A stretch of DNA of 64,000 bases from Candidatus Nanopelagicales bacterium (lineage in GTDB: Bacteria; Actinomycetota; Actinomycetes; S36-B12), in assembly GCA_012103605.1 (NCBI GenBank), contig WLWL01000001.1, positions 37,216-101,215 on the forward strand. The letters are read 5' to 3'. Below the pieces are notes generated by a model. That model ran no database searches and was not told where the DNA came from. It saw nothing but the letters and a program-made list of their open reading frames with translations. The position numbers and the translations under genes were made by a program. Shown here piece after piece: positions 9,190 to 17,567 of this stretch (positions are counted from its first letter, which is position 1; every line of letters starts with the position of its first letter).

Positions 9190-9957
9190 ATGGGGTTGCT
9201 GACGGGAAAGACGGTGGTCGTCACCGGCGTTCTCACTGATCAGTCGATCGCCTTCCACATCGCGCGGCTCGCTCAGGAAGAGGGCGCGGACGTCATTCTG
9301 ACGAGTTTCGGTCGGACGATGTCGTTGACAAGGCGGTCTGCAACGCGACTACCTATCGAGCCGCCCATCGTTGAGTTGGATGTGACCAACGATGACGATC
9401 TCGCGCAGTTCGCAGACCGGCTGGGGGAGCACTGCGAGACGGTGGACGGCCTCGTGCATTCGATCGGTTTCGCACCAGAGTCCGCGTTGGGGGGAAACTT
9501 TCTTTATACGTCGTGGTCGGACGTGGCTACCGCCATGCAGGTGAGTGCGTACTCCCTGGCGTCTTTGACCATGGCAGCCAAGCCACGCATGACGTCGGGT
9601 GCGAGCGTGGTAGGACTCGATTTCGACGCCTCGGTCGCGTGGCCTACCTACGACTGGATGGGGGTCGCTAAGGCTGCGCTGGAGTCCACCGCTCGGTATC
9701 TCGCCCGCGATCTGGGACCGGAGGGTATTCGCGTGAATCTCGTTGCCGCTGGTCCGATTCGCACCATGGCGGCGAAGAGCATTCCCGGCTTCGACGAGTT
9801 CGAGAAGGTATGGCAGGAGCGTGCACCGTTGGGGTGGGACCTCGCCGACCCGGCTCCGGCGGCGCGTGCCTGCGTGGCGTTGTTGTCACCGTGGTTTTCG
9901 GCGACGACCGGAGAGATCGTGCACGTCGATGGAGGAGTGCACTCGCAAGGGGCCTAA
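9190..9957 (+). CDS. inhA: NADH-dependent enoyl-[ACP] reductase (InhA/FabI)
   Basis: The N-terminus GLLTGKTVVVTGVLTDQSIAFHIARLAQEEGADVILT is near-colinear with M. tuberculosis InhA as I remember it. The GGAGG RBS and ATG start follow 9 nt after the fabG stop. Confidence 0.85.
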   Translation: MGLLTGKTVVVTGVLTDQSIAFHIARLAQEEGADVILTSFGRTMSLTRRSATRLPIEPPIVELDVTNDDDLAQFADRLGEHCETVDGLVHSIGFAPESALGGNFLYTSWSDVATAMQVSAYSLASLTMAAKPRMTSGASVVGLDFDASVAWPTYDWMGVAKAALESTARYLARDLGPEGIRVNLVAAGPIRTMAAKSIPGFDEFEKVWQERAPLGWDLADPAPAARACVALLSPWFSATTGEIVHVDGGVHSQGA

Positions 9958-9985
9958 AGCCGAGGCCGCATGCCTGAGGGGGCGA

Positions 9986-11236
9986 TTACGCGTGCGAATT
10001 GCCCGAGGGAGTCGCGTCTGGTGCCGTGATTCCGTCGAGGGAGTCGGCGCGTTCGATCTCATCGCGCGTGATCCCCATGAGGAACAACACAGAGTCCAAA
10101 TACGGAGCAGTCACCGACGTATCGGCGACCGCTCGCGCGGCTGGCTTGGCGTTGAAAGCGATACCCAAACCTGCTGCCTCCAGCATGTCGACGTCATTCG
10201 CGCCGTCACCGATGGCGATGGTTCGATGCCGCGGAATACCGAAGCGCACCGCAAGTTCCTCCAATACCTTGCGTTTGCCTGGTCGGTCGACGATGTCTCC
10301 GACCACCCGCCCCGTGAGGTAGCCACCTTCCACTTCCAACGTGTTGGCGCGAATCTCCACAACACCGAGCTCGTTGGCCAGTGGTGAAATGACCTGGCCG
10401 AACCCTCCGGAGACAAAGGCGATCCGATACCCGAGACGATTCAAGGTTCGACAAAAGGTCCGCGCTCCCGGTGTCAGGCGGATCTGCTGTCTGACCGTGT
10501 CGAGAACCGATTCCGGCAAGGCTTCGAGAAGTGCCACGCGCTGGTGGAGCGACTCGGTGAAGTCGATCTCGCCCGCCATCGCCTGGGCGGTGACGCTTGC
10601 CACCTCGTCGTGTCGGCCAGATTGCGCCGCGAGGAGGTCGATGACTTCGTCTTGAATGACCGTCGAGTCCACGTCGAGGACGACCAGATATTGGCCCCGG
10701 GTGTGCAGGTGGCGTTCCTGGACCGCAACATCCACGGACAGGCTGGACGCCAGTTCGGCAAGTGGACGGCGAATGAAATCGGGTTCGGCTCCACGTCCCT
10801 CGAAGGCAACTGCGGTCACGGGATACTTGGCAATGCGTCGAATACGGTCGATGTTGCCCCCGTTGTCCGCGATAACGTCCGTGATCTTCGCGATCGCTTC
10901 GGGCGCTAACCGAGCAGACATCACCGTGACCTGGAAATGAGGAACGCCGAGATTGCGGGTCGAAGTGCCTGCTCTTTCCTCCATCGAGATCGTGCAGTCC
11001 ATCGATGAGCGTTGAGCCATCTCCTCGATCGCTGGTCGCAGGCGCTCCAGCTCAGCCAAGGCACCATCAAACGATGCCGCGATCGTCAATCGGTCTCGCA
11101 TCACGATCTGGTCGACATCCGTAACCGCAACAGCCTGCGCACTACATGCAGTGAACAGGTCTCGGGTGATACCGGGACGATCGCGCCCACTGAGAGTGAC
11201 GAGCATCGTCGCGTGATTGTCGTCATGAGTAGTCAT
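9986..11236 (-). CDS. serB: phosphoserine phosphatase SerB with N-terminal ACT domains
   Basis: HAD motifs are present: LDVDSTVIQDE and GDGANDVDML. The N-terminal region is ACT-like, as in SerB2. Start set to the ATG of MTTHDDN; the ORF is open a further 25 codons upstream. Confidence 0.85.
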   Translation of the reverse strand: MTTHDDNHATMLVTLSGRDRPGITRDLFTACSAQAVAVTDVDQIVMRDRLTIAASFDGALAELERLRPAIEEMAQRSSMDCTISMEERAGTSTRNLGVPHFQVTVMSARLAPEAIAKITDVIADNGGNIDRIRRIAKYPVTAVAFEGRGAEPDFIRRPLAELASSLSVDVAVQERHLHTRGQYLVVLDVDSTVIQDEVIDLLAAQSGRHDEVASVTAQAMAGEIDFTESLHQRVALLEALPESVLDTVRQQIRLTPGARTFCRTLNRLGYRIAFVSGGFGQVISPLANELGVVEIRANTLEVEGGYLTGRVVGDIVDRPGKRKVLEELAVRFGIPRHRTIAIGDGANDVDMLEAAGLGIAFNAKPAARAVADTSVTAPYLDSVLFLMGITRDEIERADSLDGITAPDATPSGNSHA

Positions 11237-11334
11237 CGGAACCCAACGGTACCGAGGGCACGCGGTGTGGTGTGTGAACGACGTCGGGACACGACGTACG
11301 AGCACGACCACCAGACACGACCTAGGGTGTTCGT

Positions 11335-12120
11335 GTGCAGGTGATCGCTATGTCTAATGTCGGGGTTCGGCGTGGCGAATCCTGGCTCCTCAGGGACGTG
11401 AATTGGGTTGTTGACGAGGCGGACCGCTGGGTTGTTGTGGGCCCGAACGGTGCAGGCAAGACAACGGCCCTCACGATCGCCGCGACTCGGATGTTTCCGA
11501 CGACGGGCGATGTATCGATACTCGGCGAGCGCCTCGGACGGGTGGACATCACCGATCTACGGCCGAGGGTCGGTTTCGCCAGCAGTTCTCTGCTCCGTGA
11601 CATACCGATGCATGAAACGGCTGCCGATGTCGTCCTGACGTCTGCCTATGGGGTGACCGGACGGTGGCGAGAGGCCTATGAAGCCGAAGATGGAGAACGT
11701 GCCCATCGCCTGCTCGAGGAGTGGGGTGCGGCGTCATACGCTGCGCGGCCCTTTGCGTCGCTGTCGGAAGGAGAACGCAAGCGGGTACTCATCGCGCGCG
11801 CGTTGATGAGCGACCCGGAACTGCTGCTACTCGATGAGCCTGGGGCGGGCCTCGACCTGGCCGGACGTGAGGAATTGGTGAGCATGTTGGCTGATTTCGC
11901 CCGGCGGCCGCAGTCACCAAGTCTGGTGTTAGTTACCCATCACCTGGAGGAGATTCCGCCGGGAATCACGCATGCACTCTTGTTGGGGCAGGGACAGCTG
12001 ATCGCGTCCGGGCCGCTGGAGGTGACTCTTACGAATGATCTGGTCAGTCGCACCTTCGGGATGAGCTTCGACGTGCGGCGGATCGGTGAGCGTTGGAGTG
12101 CGGTGATGAGGCAGTCATGA
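11335..12120 (+). CDS. soluble single-domain ABC ATPase (YlmA/ModF-like, COG1119-type)
   Basis: Walker A is GPNGAGKTT, the signature is LSEGERKR and Walker B is LLLLDEPGAGLD. The C-terminal VTHHLEEIPPGITHALLL is typical of the YlmA/ModF subgroup. No cognate permease is present. The start could be GTG 11335 or ATG 11350. Confidence 0.75.
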   Translation: MQVIAMSNVGVRRGESWLLRDVNWVVDEADRWVVVGPNGAGKTTALTIAATRMFPTTGDVSILGERLGRVDITDLRPRVGFASSSLLRDIPMHETAADVVLTSAYGVTGRWREAYEAEDGERAHRLLEEWGAASYAARPFASLSEGERKRVLIARALMSDPELLLLDEPGAGLDLAGREELVSMLADFARRPQSPSLVLVTHHLEEIPPGITHALLLGQGQLIASGPLEVTLTNDLVSRTFGMSFDVRRIGERWSAVMRQS

Positions 12121-13613
12121 CGGTCGACACCGGAACTACCCGTTGGCTATTCGCCGATCAGCTGGGACCGCACTTCGATGATGGTGGTCCACTGCTGCTG
12201 ATCGAAGCTCGTTCGGTGTTCGAGCGCCGGACCTACCACCGGCAAAAGGCCCACTTGATACTCAGCGCCCTGCACCATCGTGCAGCGAACGATCCTGAGC
12301 GGGTCACCCTGATTCGATCCCAGACCTACGCCGAGGGCGTTGCGACGTATCGGGATTCGAGTCACCGTGATCTCGACGCCATCGCCGCAACATCCCGTCC
12401 GGCGCGGCGACTGGTCGAAAGACTCGGCCTGTCCACGATCCACCCGGAACGTGGATGGTTCACGTCACCCGGAGAGTTTCAGGCCTGGGTGACCGGTCGC
12501 GGGGACAAACGATTGTTGATGGAGGACTGGTACCGGGGGGTTCGATCCCGACACGACGTCCTCATGGCCGACGGTAAGCCGGAGGGTGGAAAGTGGAATT
12601 TCGACCACGACAACCGGCTCCCTCCGCCCAAGGGGGAAACCCACCTGCCAGTCCCAACGCCCTGGCAGCCGGTGGAAGACGACATTGACGCACAGGTACG
12701 ACAGCAACTCGATGAGTGGGAAGCCCAGGGCATTCGCTTCCTCGGCCATGACGGTCCGCGACGCTTCGCCGTCACCAGAAGCGAAGCCGAAGCCGCGCTA
12801 GATGATTTCCTCGACAACCGACTCTCCCTTTTCGGTCCCTACGAAGACGCCGTCCTGTGGCGGGATCCCTTCATGGCGCACTCGCTCCTATCCGTGCCGT
12901 TGAACCTCGGGCTGCTCCATCCGGCCGAGGTAGTGGCTCAGGCAGAAGAACGATGGCGGGCGGACCAGGCGACCCTGGCCAGTGTCGAGGGACTTATCCG
13001 TCAGATCATCGGATGGCGGGAATATGTCTGGCACCTGTATTGGCATCTCGGGGAGTCCTACGAACTCCGTAATGAGCTCGACAGCACTGTTGAGCCACCG
13101 ACCTGGTTTCTTGAGGCATCGGTGGAAGAAGTGGATGCTGCGTGCTTGCGGCACTCGCTTGGGTACGTACGGGATCTGGGCTACTCCCACCACATCGTTC
13201 GCTTGATGGTGCTGAGCAACTGGGCTCTCCAGCGCGGATACTCGCCGCAGGTGATGAACGACTGGTTTCGCCGCGCCTTTGTCGACGGATACCCGTGGGT
13301 GATGACGGCCAATGTCATCGGCATGGGTTTGTATGCCGACGGAGGCGAGATGGCGACCAAGCCTTATGTGTCCGGTGGGGCGTATCTGAAGCGGATGACG
13401 GACTTCTGTGGTGACTGTGTGTACGACCCGAAGCTTCGGGTGGGGGAGAAGGCATGCCCGTTCACGGCCGGCTACTGGGCGTTCTTAGATGGCAAGCGCG
13501 ACTTGTTGGAAGGAAATCACCGGCTGGCCACCGCGTTTCGAACGCTCGACAAGCTTGCCGATCGCGCTGCACTGGTGGAGCAGGAACGTCGGCGCGGACA
13601 CTCAGCTCCGTGA
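12117..13613 (+). CDS. cryptochrome/photolyase family protein, FeS-cluster bacterial (6-4) photolyase / CryPro class (COG3046-like)
   Basis: ATGA overlap with the ABC ATPase stop. Motifs RQIIGWREYVWHLYW and HHIVRLMVLSNW are present. There is a four-Cys pattern: C (AACLRHS) followed by CGDC-x12-C. Confidence 0.75.
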   Translation: MTVDTGTTRWLFADQLGPHFDDGGPLLLIEARSVFERRTYHRQKAHLILSALHHRAANDPERVTLIRSQTYAEGVATYRDSSHRDLDAIAATSRPARRLVERLGLSTIHPERGWFTSPGEFQAWVTGRGDKRLLMEDWYRGVRSRHDVLMADGKPEGGKWNFDHDNRLPPPKGETHLPVPTPWQPVEDDIDAQVRQQLDEWEAQGIRFLGHDGPRRFAVTRSEAEAALDDFLDNRLSLFGPYEDAVLWRDPFMAHSLLSVPLNLGLLHPAEVVAQAEERWRADQATLASVEGLIRQIIGWREYVWHLYWHLGESYELRNELDSTVEPPTWFLEASVEEVDAACLRHSLGYVRDLGYSHHIVRLMVLSNWALQRGYSPQVMNDWFRRAFVDGYPWVMTANVIGMGLYADGGEMATKPYVSGGAYLKRMTDFCGDCVYDPKLRVGEKACPFTAGYWAFLDGKRDLLEGNHRLATAFRTLDKLADRAALVEQERRRGHSAP

Positions 13614-14380
13614 TGGATACCTGGACAGCTGTTCTTGTCTTGGTTGCGGCCGGTGCGGTGGCCGGTGCCATCAACGGCGTGGTGGGCTCGGGAACGCTCA
13701 TCACTTTCAGCACGTTGTTGGCGGTGGGCGTTCCACCGGTTGCGGCGAATGGAACAAACACCACGGGTCTGTTTCCCGGAAGTTTCGCCTCGGCCTACGC
13801 GTATCGGCGCGAGCTGCGCGATCGGCTGAGGGCTCTTCGATTTCCCATCATCGCCACCACGATCGGAGCCGCAATCGGTGCGCTGTTGGTGGTGGTGCTG
13901 CCTGAGGAAGTCTTTGCCTTGGTCGTTCCATGGTTGATCGCTACCGCCACGGTGATGGTTGCTGTGCAACCCCTGCGCGCACGGCTCCAGGCCCGCCGGC
14001 GAGCGGCATCTGAATCGGCGCGAGTAACACAGCCGCGGCGGCTGTGGCCATGGACGGGAGCGGTGGGGGTGTACGGCGGATACTTCGGCGCTGCCCAGGG
14101 AATCGTGCTGATGGCGATTCTCACGTGGATCTATGACGCCCGCGTGCAGTACAGCAACGCGGCAAAGAACCTTCTGGCGTCTGTCGCGAATGTGGTGGCA
14201 GCGGTGGTGTTCGCGTTCTCCGGTTATGTGGTGTGGCCTGCGGCCCTTGTACTCATGGTCAGTTCCACCGCCGGCGGATACCTCGGCGGACGCTGGGCGA
14301 GGCGCATGCCGGAGGTGGTCCTTCGTGGGATGGTTGTGGCCGTGGGGATCGTGGCGACCACTGTTCTCGTGATTCGATAG
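13613..14380 (+). CDS. TauE/SafE family membrane protein (sulfite/anion exporter-like)
   Basis: The ATG overlaps the photolyase TGA (TGATG). The protein is multi-TM and Gly-rich, with AGAINGVVGSGTLITF and GGYFGAAQGI repeats characteristic of TauE/SafE. Confidence 0.7.
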   Translation: MDTWTAVLVLVAAGAVAGAINGVVGSGTLITFSTLLAVGVPPVAANGTNTTGLFPGSFASAYAYRRELRDRLRALRFPIIATTIGAAIGALLVVVLPEEVFALVVPWLIATATVMVAVQPLRARLQARRRAASESARVTQPRRLWPWTGAVGVYGGYFGAAQGIVLMAILTWIYDARVQYSNAAKNLLASVANVVAAVVFAFSGYVVWPAALVLMVSSTAGGYLGGRWARRMPEVVLRGMVVAVGIVATTVLVIR

Positions 14381-14439
14381 CCGAATCGATCCGGCGATGC
14401 GGTGGCTGCGACACAGTGGATCGCAGTCAGGGAGGCTCG

Positions 14440-15063
14440 ATGGCGACAGCCGATAGTGGGCACTCTCCTGAGATCCCCGATGACGACGATGCGCCGACGT
14501 CAGACGAGCCGTGGAATGTCTGGACCGTGCCCAATCTCGTCAGCCTTCTCCGGTTGTGCGGTATCCCGCTGTTCTTGTGGTTAGTTCTGGTGGAAGAGGC
14601 CGACCTTGCCGCGTTCGTCGTGCTCGTATTCGCGGGCGCGTCGGACTGGGTGGACGGATACCTGGCTCGACGATTGGACCAGCGCAGTCGGCTTGGCGTG
14701 TTGTTGGACCCGGCTGTGGACCGGCTCTACATTCTCGCGACGCTAGTGGGGTTGGCGCTGCGCGACGTCATCGGATGGTGGCTCGTGGCGATTCTGGTGT
14801 CTCGCGATGTTTTCTTGCTCGTGCTGCTGCCACGGTTGCGAGGTTCGGGCCGAATTGCGTTGCCGGTCACCTACGTGGGCAAGACCGCAACGTTCGCCTT
14901 GTTCTGGGGTTTCCCCGTGCTACTCCTTGGCTCCCTACCCGGCGCGTGGGGTGCCACCTTGTCGGTTATCGGGTGGGCCTTCGCCCTGTGGGGCACGTTT
15001 CTGTATTGGTGGGCGGGAGTCCGCTATGCCCGCGAAATCATCGCCAGCGGCCGCGCTCGGTAG
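14440..15063 (+). CDS. CDP-alcohol phosphatidyltransferase (PgsA2 / actinobacterial cardiolipin synthase-like)
   Basis: GGGAGG RBS. The signature D-x2-DG-x2-AR-x8-G-x3-D-x3-D is seen as SDWVDGYLARRLDQRSRLGVLLDPAVD. Confidence 0.8.
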   Translation: MATADSGHSPEIPDDDDAPTSDEPWNVWTVPNLVSLLRLCGIPLFLWLVLVEEADLAAFVVLVFAGASDWVDGYLARRLDQRSRLGVLLDPAVDRLYILATLVGLALRDVIGWWLVAILVSRDVFLLVLLPRLRGSGRIALPVTYVGKTATFALFWGFPVLLLGSLPGAWGATLSVIGWAFALWGTFLYWWAGVRYAREIIASGRAR

Positions 15064-15121
15064 GCTCGTACAGTCGGCGAGAGTGACCGCCATGCGGTCG
15101 ATTTTGATGGGAGAGGGCCCG

Positions 15122-15517
15122 ATGATTCCTGAAGACGCGCAGTACACCGAGGAGCACGAATGGGTCCGTGCAGGGGAGGGCAGCATCGTGACGGTGGGCA
15201 TCACCCATTACGCCCAGGAGGCTCTCGGAGACATCGTGTTTGTCTCCCTGCCGCGCGTGGGCGACGCTGTCGAGGCGGGTCAATCTTGCGGTGAGGTGGA
15301 GTCGACCAAGAGCGTCAGCGAGCTCTACGCCCCGGTGACCGGTGAGGTGGTGCAGGTAAATGCGGGGGTCGACGACGTCCCCGAGACCATCAACTCCGAC
15401 CCCTATGGGGAAGGCTGGCTGTTTCGGATCGACTGCGGTGACGAGGCGGAGCGAAACAGGCAGCTCGAAGGCCTCATGTCGGCGCGTGAGTACGAGGGTT
15501 TGACCGGCGGGGCCTAG
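15122..15517 (+). CDS. gcvH: glycine cleavage system protein H
   Basis: 131 aa from ATG 15122. The lipoyl-lysine motif GEVESTKSVSELYAPVTGEV is present. The ORF-track N-terminal extension was rejected. Confidence 0.85.
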   Translation: MIPEDAQYTEEHEWVRAGEGSIVTVGITHYAQEALGDIVFVSLPRVGDAVEAGQSCGEVESTKSVSELYAPVTGEVVQVNAGVDDVPETINSDPYGEGWLFRIDCGDEAERNRQLEGLMSAREYEGLTGGA

Positions 15518-15539
15518 GCTAGACGCCGCAGGGGAGTCC

Positions 15540-16076
15540 ATGTCGGCCGCGAAGGGAGCCACGATGAACTGTCGTTCGTGCGGCAAGCCCGTGGATGCGG
15601 AGGACCGTTTCTGCGCAGCGTGCGGAAACCCAGTCGACACCCACGGCGATGGCGATGTGGACGCCACGGGAGCCATTTCGGCTATCTCCGGACAGGCGGG
15701 CCCAGCCACCGGCACCGGACCCGCGGCGGCCCTGGGTACCGGCATTCATCGAGAGCTACCGTCAGGATCAGCGCTATTGATCGTGCACCGAGGCCCATCC
15801 GAGGGCAGTGAATTTCTCCTGCCCGCCGACGCGGACATCGTTGGCGTGGGGCGTTCTCCGGAGTCGGAAGTTTTCTTGGACGACGTGACCGTCAGCCGCC
15901 GCCATGCCGAGTTTCGACGCGGGTCCGAGGGGTGGAGTGTTCGCGACGTGGGCAGCCTCAACGGTACGTACGTCAACAGGGTGCGGGTCGACGATCAGAG
16001 TCTCAAAGGTGGAGACGAAGTGCAGATCGGGAAGTTTCGTTTCGTCTTCTTGGTAGGCGTAGAGCCCGGAACATGA
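15540..16076 (+). CDS. FHA domain protein, GarA/OdhI-like, with N-terminal zinc ribbon
   Basis: The C-terminal FHA domain is nearly colinear with GarA/OdhI: GSALLIVHRGP...FLDDVTVSRRHAEF...VGSLNGTYVN...GDEVQIGKFRFVFL. The N-terminus has CRSCG-x11-CAACG instead of the ETTS phospho-motif. It sits between gcvH and ftsR. Confidence 0.8.
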   Translation: MSAAKGATMNCRSCGKPVDAEDRFCAACGNPVDTHGDGDVDATGAISAISGQAGPATGTGPAAALGTGIHRELPSGSALLIVHRGPSEGSEFLLPADADIVGVGRSPESEVFLDDVTVSRRHAEFRRGSEGWSVRDVGSLNGTYVNRVRVDDQSLKGGDEVQIGKFRFVFLVGVEPGT

Positions 16077-16780
16077 GTGCGTCCGAGGCGGCCGAGTCGT
16101 CCAACAAGAGCACGCTGAGCATTGGCGAGGTCCACAGTCTGCTCAAGCGTGACTTTCCGGATGTCACCATCAGCAAGATTCGATTTCTGGAAACCGAAGG
16201 CCTTGTCATCCCTGCGCGAACCGCGAGCGGCTATCGACGCTTCACCGACGATGACGTGCGTCGCTTACGAGACGTTCTCACTCTGCAGCGCGATCAGTAT
16301 CTTCCGCTGAAGGTCATCCGCGAGCAGCTGGATCACAGCGCGGAGAGCACGGTGATCGCCGGTAGCGGAATGCGACCGGAGGACTTTCGACCCGGGGCGG
16401 GGCGGTTACGCCTGACGCGCGCTGAGTTGGCCGAGATGACGCAGCTCGATGAGTCCTATGTGGCCGAACTCGAGGAGCTTGGCTTGGTGTGGGTGAGCCC
16501 GGCGGGTCACTACGACGAGGACGCCGCGACTATCTGTCAGCTTGCAGCCCGCTTGGCGGGATTCGGTTTCGAGGGCAGGCACATGCGCAGTTTTCGTGTG
16601 GTCGCGGATCGAGAGTCTGGGCTTATTGAGCAGATGGCGACACCCTTCGGCCGCACCACGGGCCGAGAGGGCGATTCGAAGGTTCGATCCCAGGAAGCGA
16701 TCCGAGAGATTGCTGCCCTGTTCGTGCAGTTGCACGCGTCGCTGCTGCGTGCCGAACTCACCCGAGCGGGCAAAGCGTAA
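16073..16780 (+). CDS. ftsR: MerR family transcriptional regulator FtsR
   Basis: ATGA overlap with the FHA gene stop. The MerR HTH reads LSIGEVHSLLKRDFPDVTISKIRFLETEGL. It is positioned after odhI/garA, as in Corynebacterium and Mycobacterium. Confidence 0.75.
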   Translation: MSASEAAESSNKSTLSIGEVHSLLKRDFPDVTISKIRFLETEGLVIPARTASGYRRFTDDDVRRLRDVLTLQRDQYLPLKVIREQLDHSAESTVIAGSGMRPEDFRPGAGRLRLTRAELAEMTQLDESYVAELEELGLVWVSPAGHYDEDAATICQLAARLAGFGFEGRHMRSFRVVADRESGLIEQMATPFGRTTGREGDSKVRSQEAIREIAALFVQLHASLLRAELTRAGKA

Positions 16781-16939
16781 GACTGACCCCGGCACCGGGC
16801 TGGTGGCCCTGGTGGCCCGCGGCCCCGCGCGCCTGCACCGGGGTCGTCAGGACGCGCATGGACGATGGACCTCACCCATTTCACTGTGAGCGTGACCGTG
16901 CGCGTATCGCCTTTGGTGGAGCGCGGTTACGCTGGAAGC

Positions 16940-17428
16940 ATGATCGGTCTCGAGGTGGTCGGCGTCCGGATGGAGATGCCGTCGAACACCCCCATCGTCC
17001 TTCTTCGTGAGACCGACGGCGAGCGATACCTGCCCATTTGGGTTGGTGCCGTGGAAGCCACGGCGATTGCGTATGCCCAACAGGGGGTCGTGCCTCCGCG
17101 CCCCTTGACGCACGACCTCATGCTCGATCTGCTGGAAGCTGTGGATGCCCCTTTGCAGGAGGTGCGCATTACCGATCTCAGCGATGGTGTCTTTTACTCC
17201 ATCATCGTGTTCGCGTCCGGGCTCGAGGTGTCAGCCCGACCCTCGGATGCGATTGCCCTGGCTCTGCGCGCCGACGTCCCCATCGTGGGAGCGGAGGAAG
17301 TAGTGCAGGAGGCGGGTATCGAGATTCCCGATGAGGAGGAACCGGTGGAAGAGGACCAAGTGGAGCAGTTCCGGGCCTTCCTCGATGAGGTGTCGCCGGA
17401 GGATTTCGGAGCACCCGGCCCATCCTGA
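16940..17428 (+). CDS. bifunctional nuclease family protein (DUF151)
   Basis: LLRE..G.RYLPIWVG..EA.AIA....G...PRPLTHDL is colinear with Rv1829-type proteins. Start set to the ATG of MIGLEVVG. Confidence 0.8.
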   Translation: MIGLEVVGVRMEMPSNTPIVLLRETDGERYLPIWVGAVEATAIAYAQQGVVPPRPLTHDLMLDLLEAVDAPLQEVRITDLSDGVFYSIIVFASGLEVSARPSDAIALALRADVPIVGAEEVVQEAGIEIPDEEEPVEEDQVEQFRAFLDEVSPEDFGAPGPS

Positions 17429-17567
17429 GCCTTCAGTTCACCTTGAGACTTACGTCGACAGTGTCGGGGCGTGTCGCATTGTTCGGCTGATCGAGGCTCC
17501 CTACATTCTGAGCCATTGCTTCCCCTAATACACCGATTCGCGTCTGCGCTATCGGGCCCGCAGTAGG

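Noticed and set aside
13454-15121. N-terminal extensions of the TauE (13454), CDP-alcohol transferase (14233) and gcvH (14807) ORFs in the track.
   Set aside because: Each extension overlaps the preceding gene in another frame and is Arg/Gly-rich. Internal ATGs with an RBS or stop-start overlap give proteins of canonical length.
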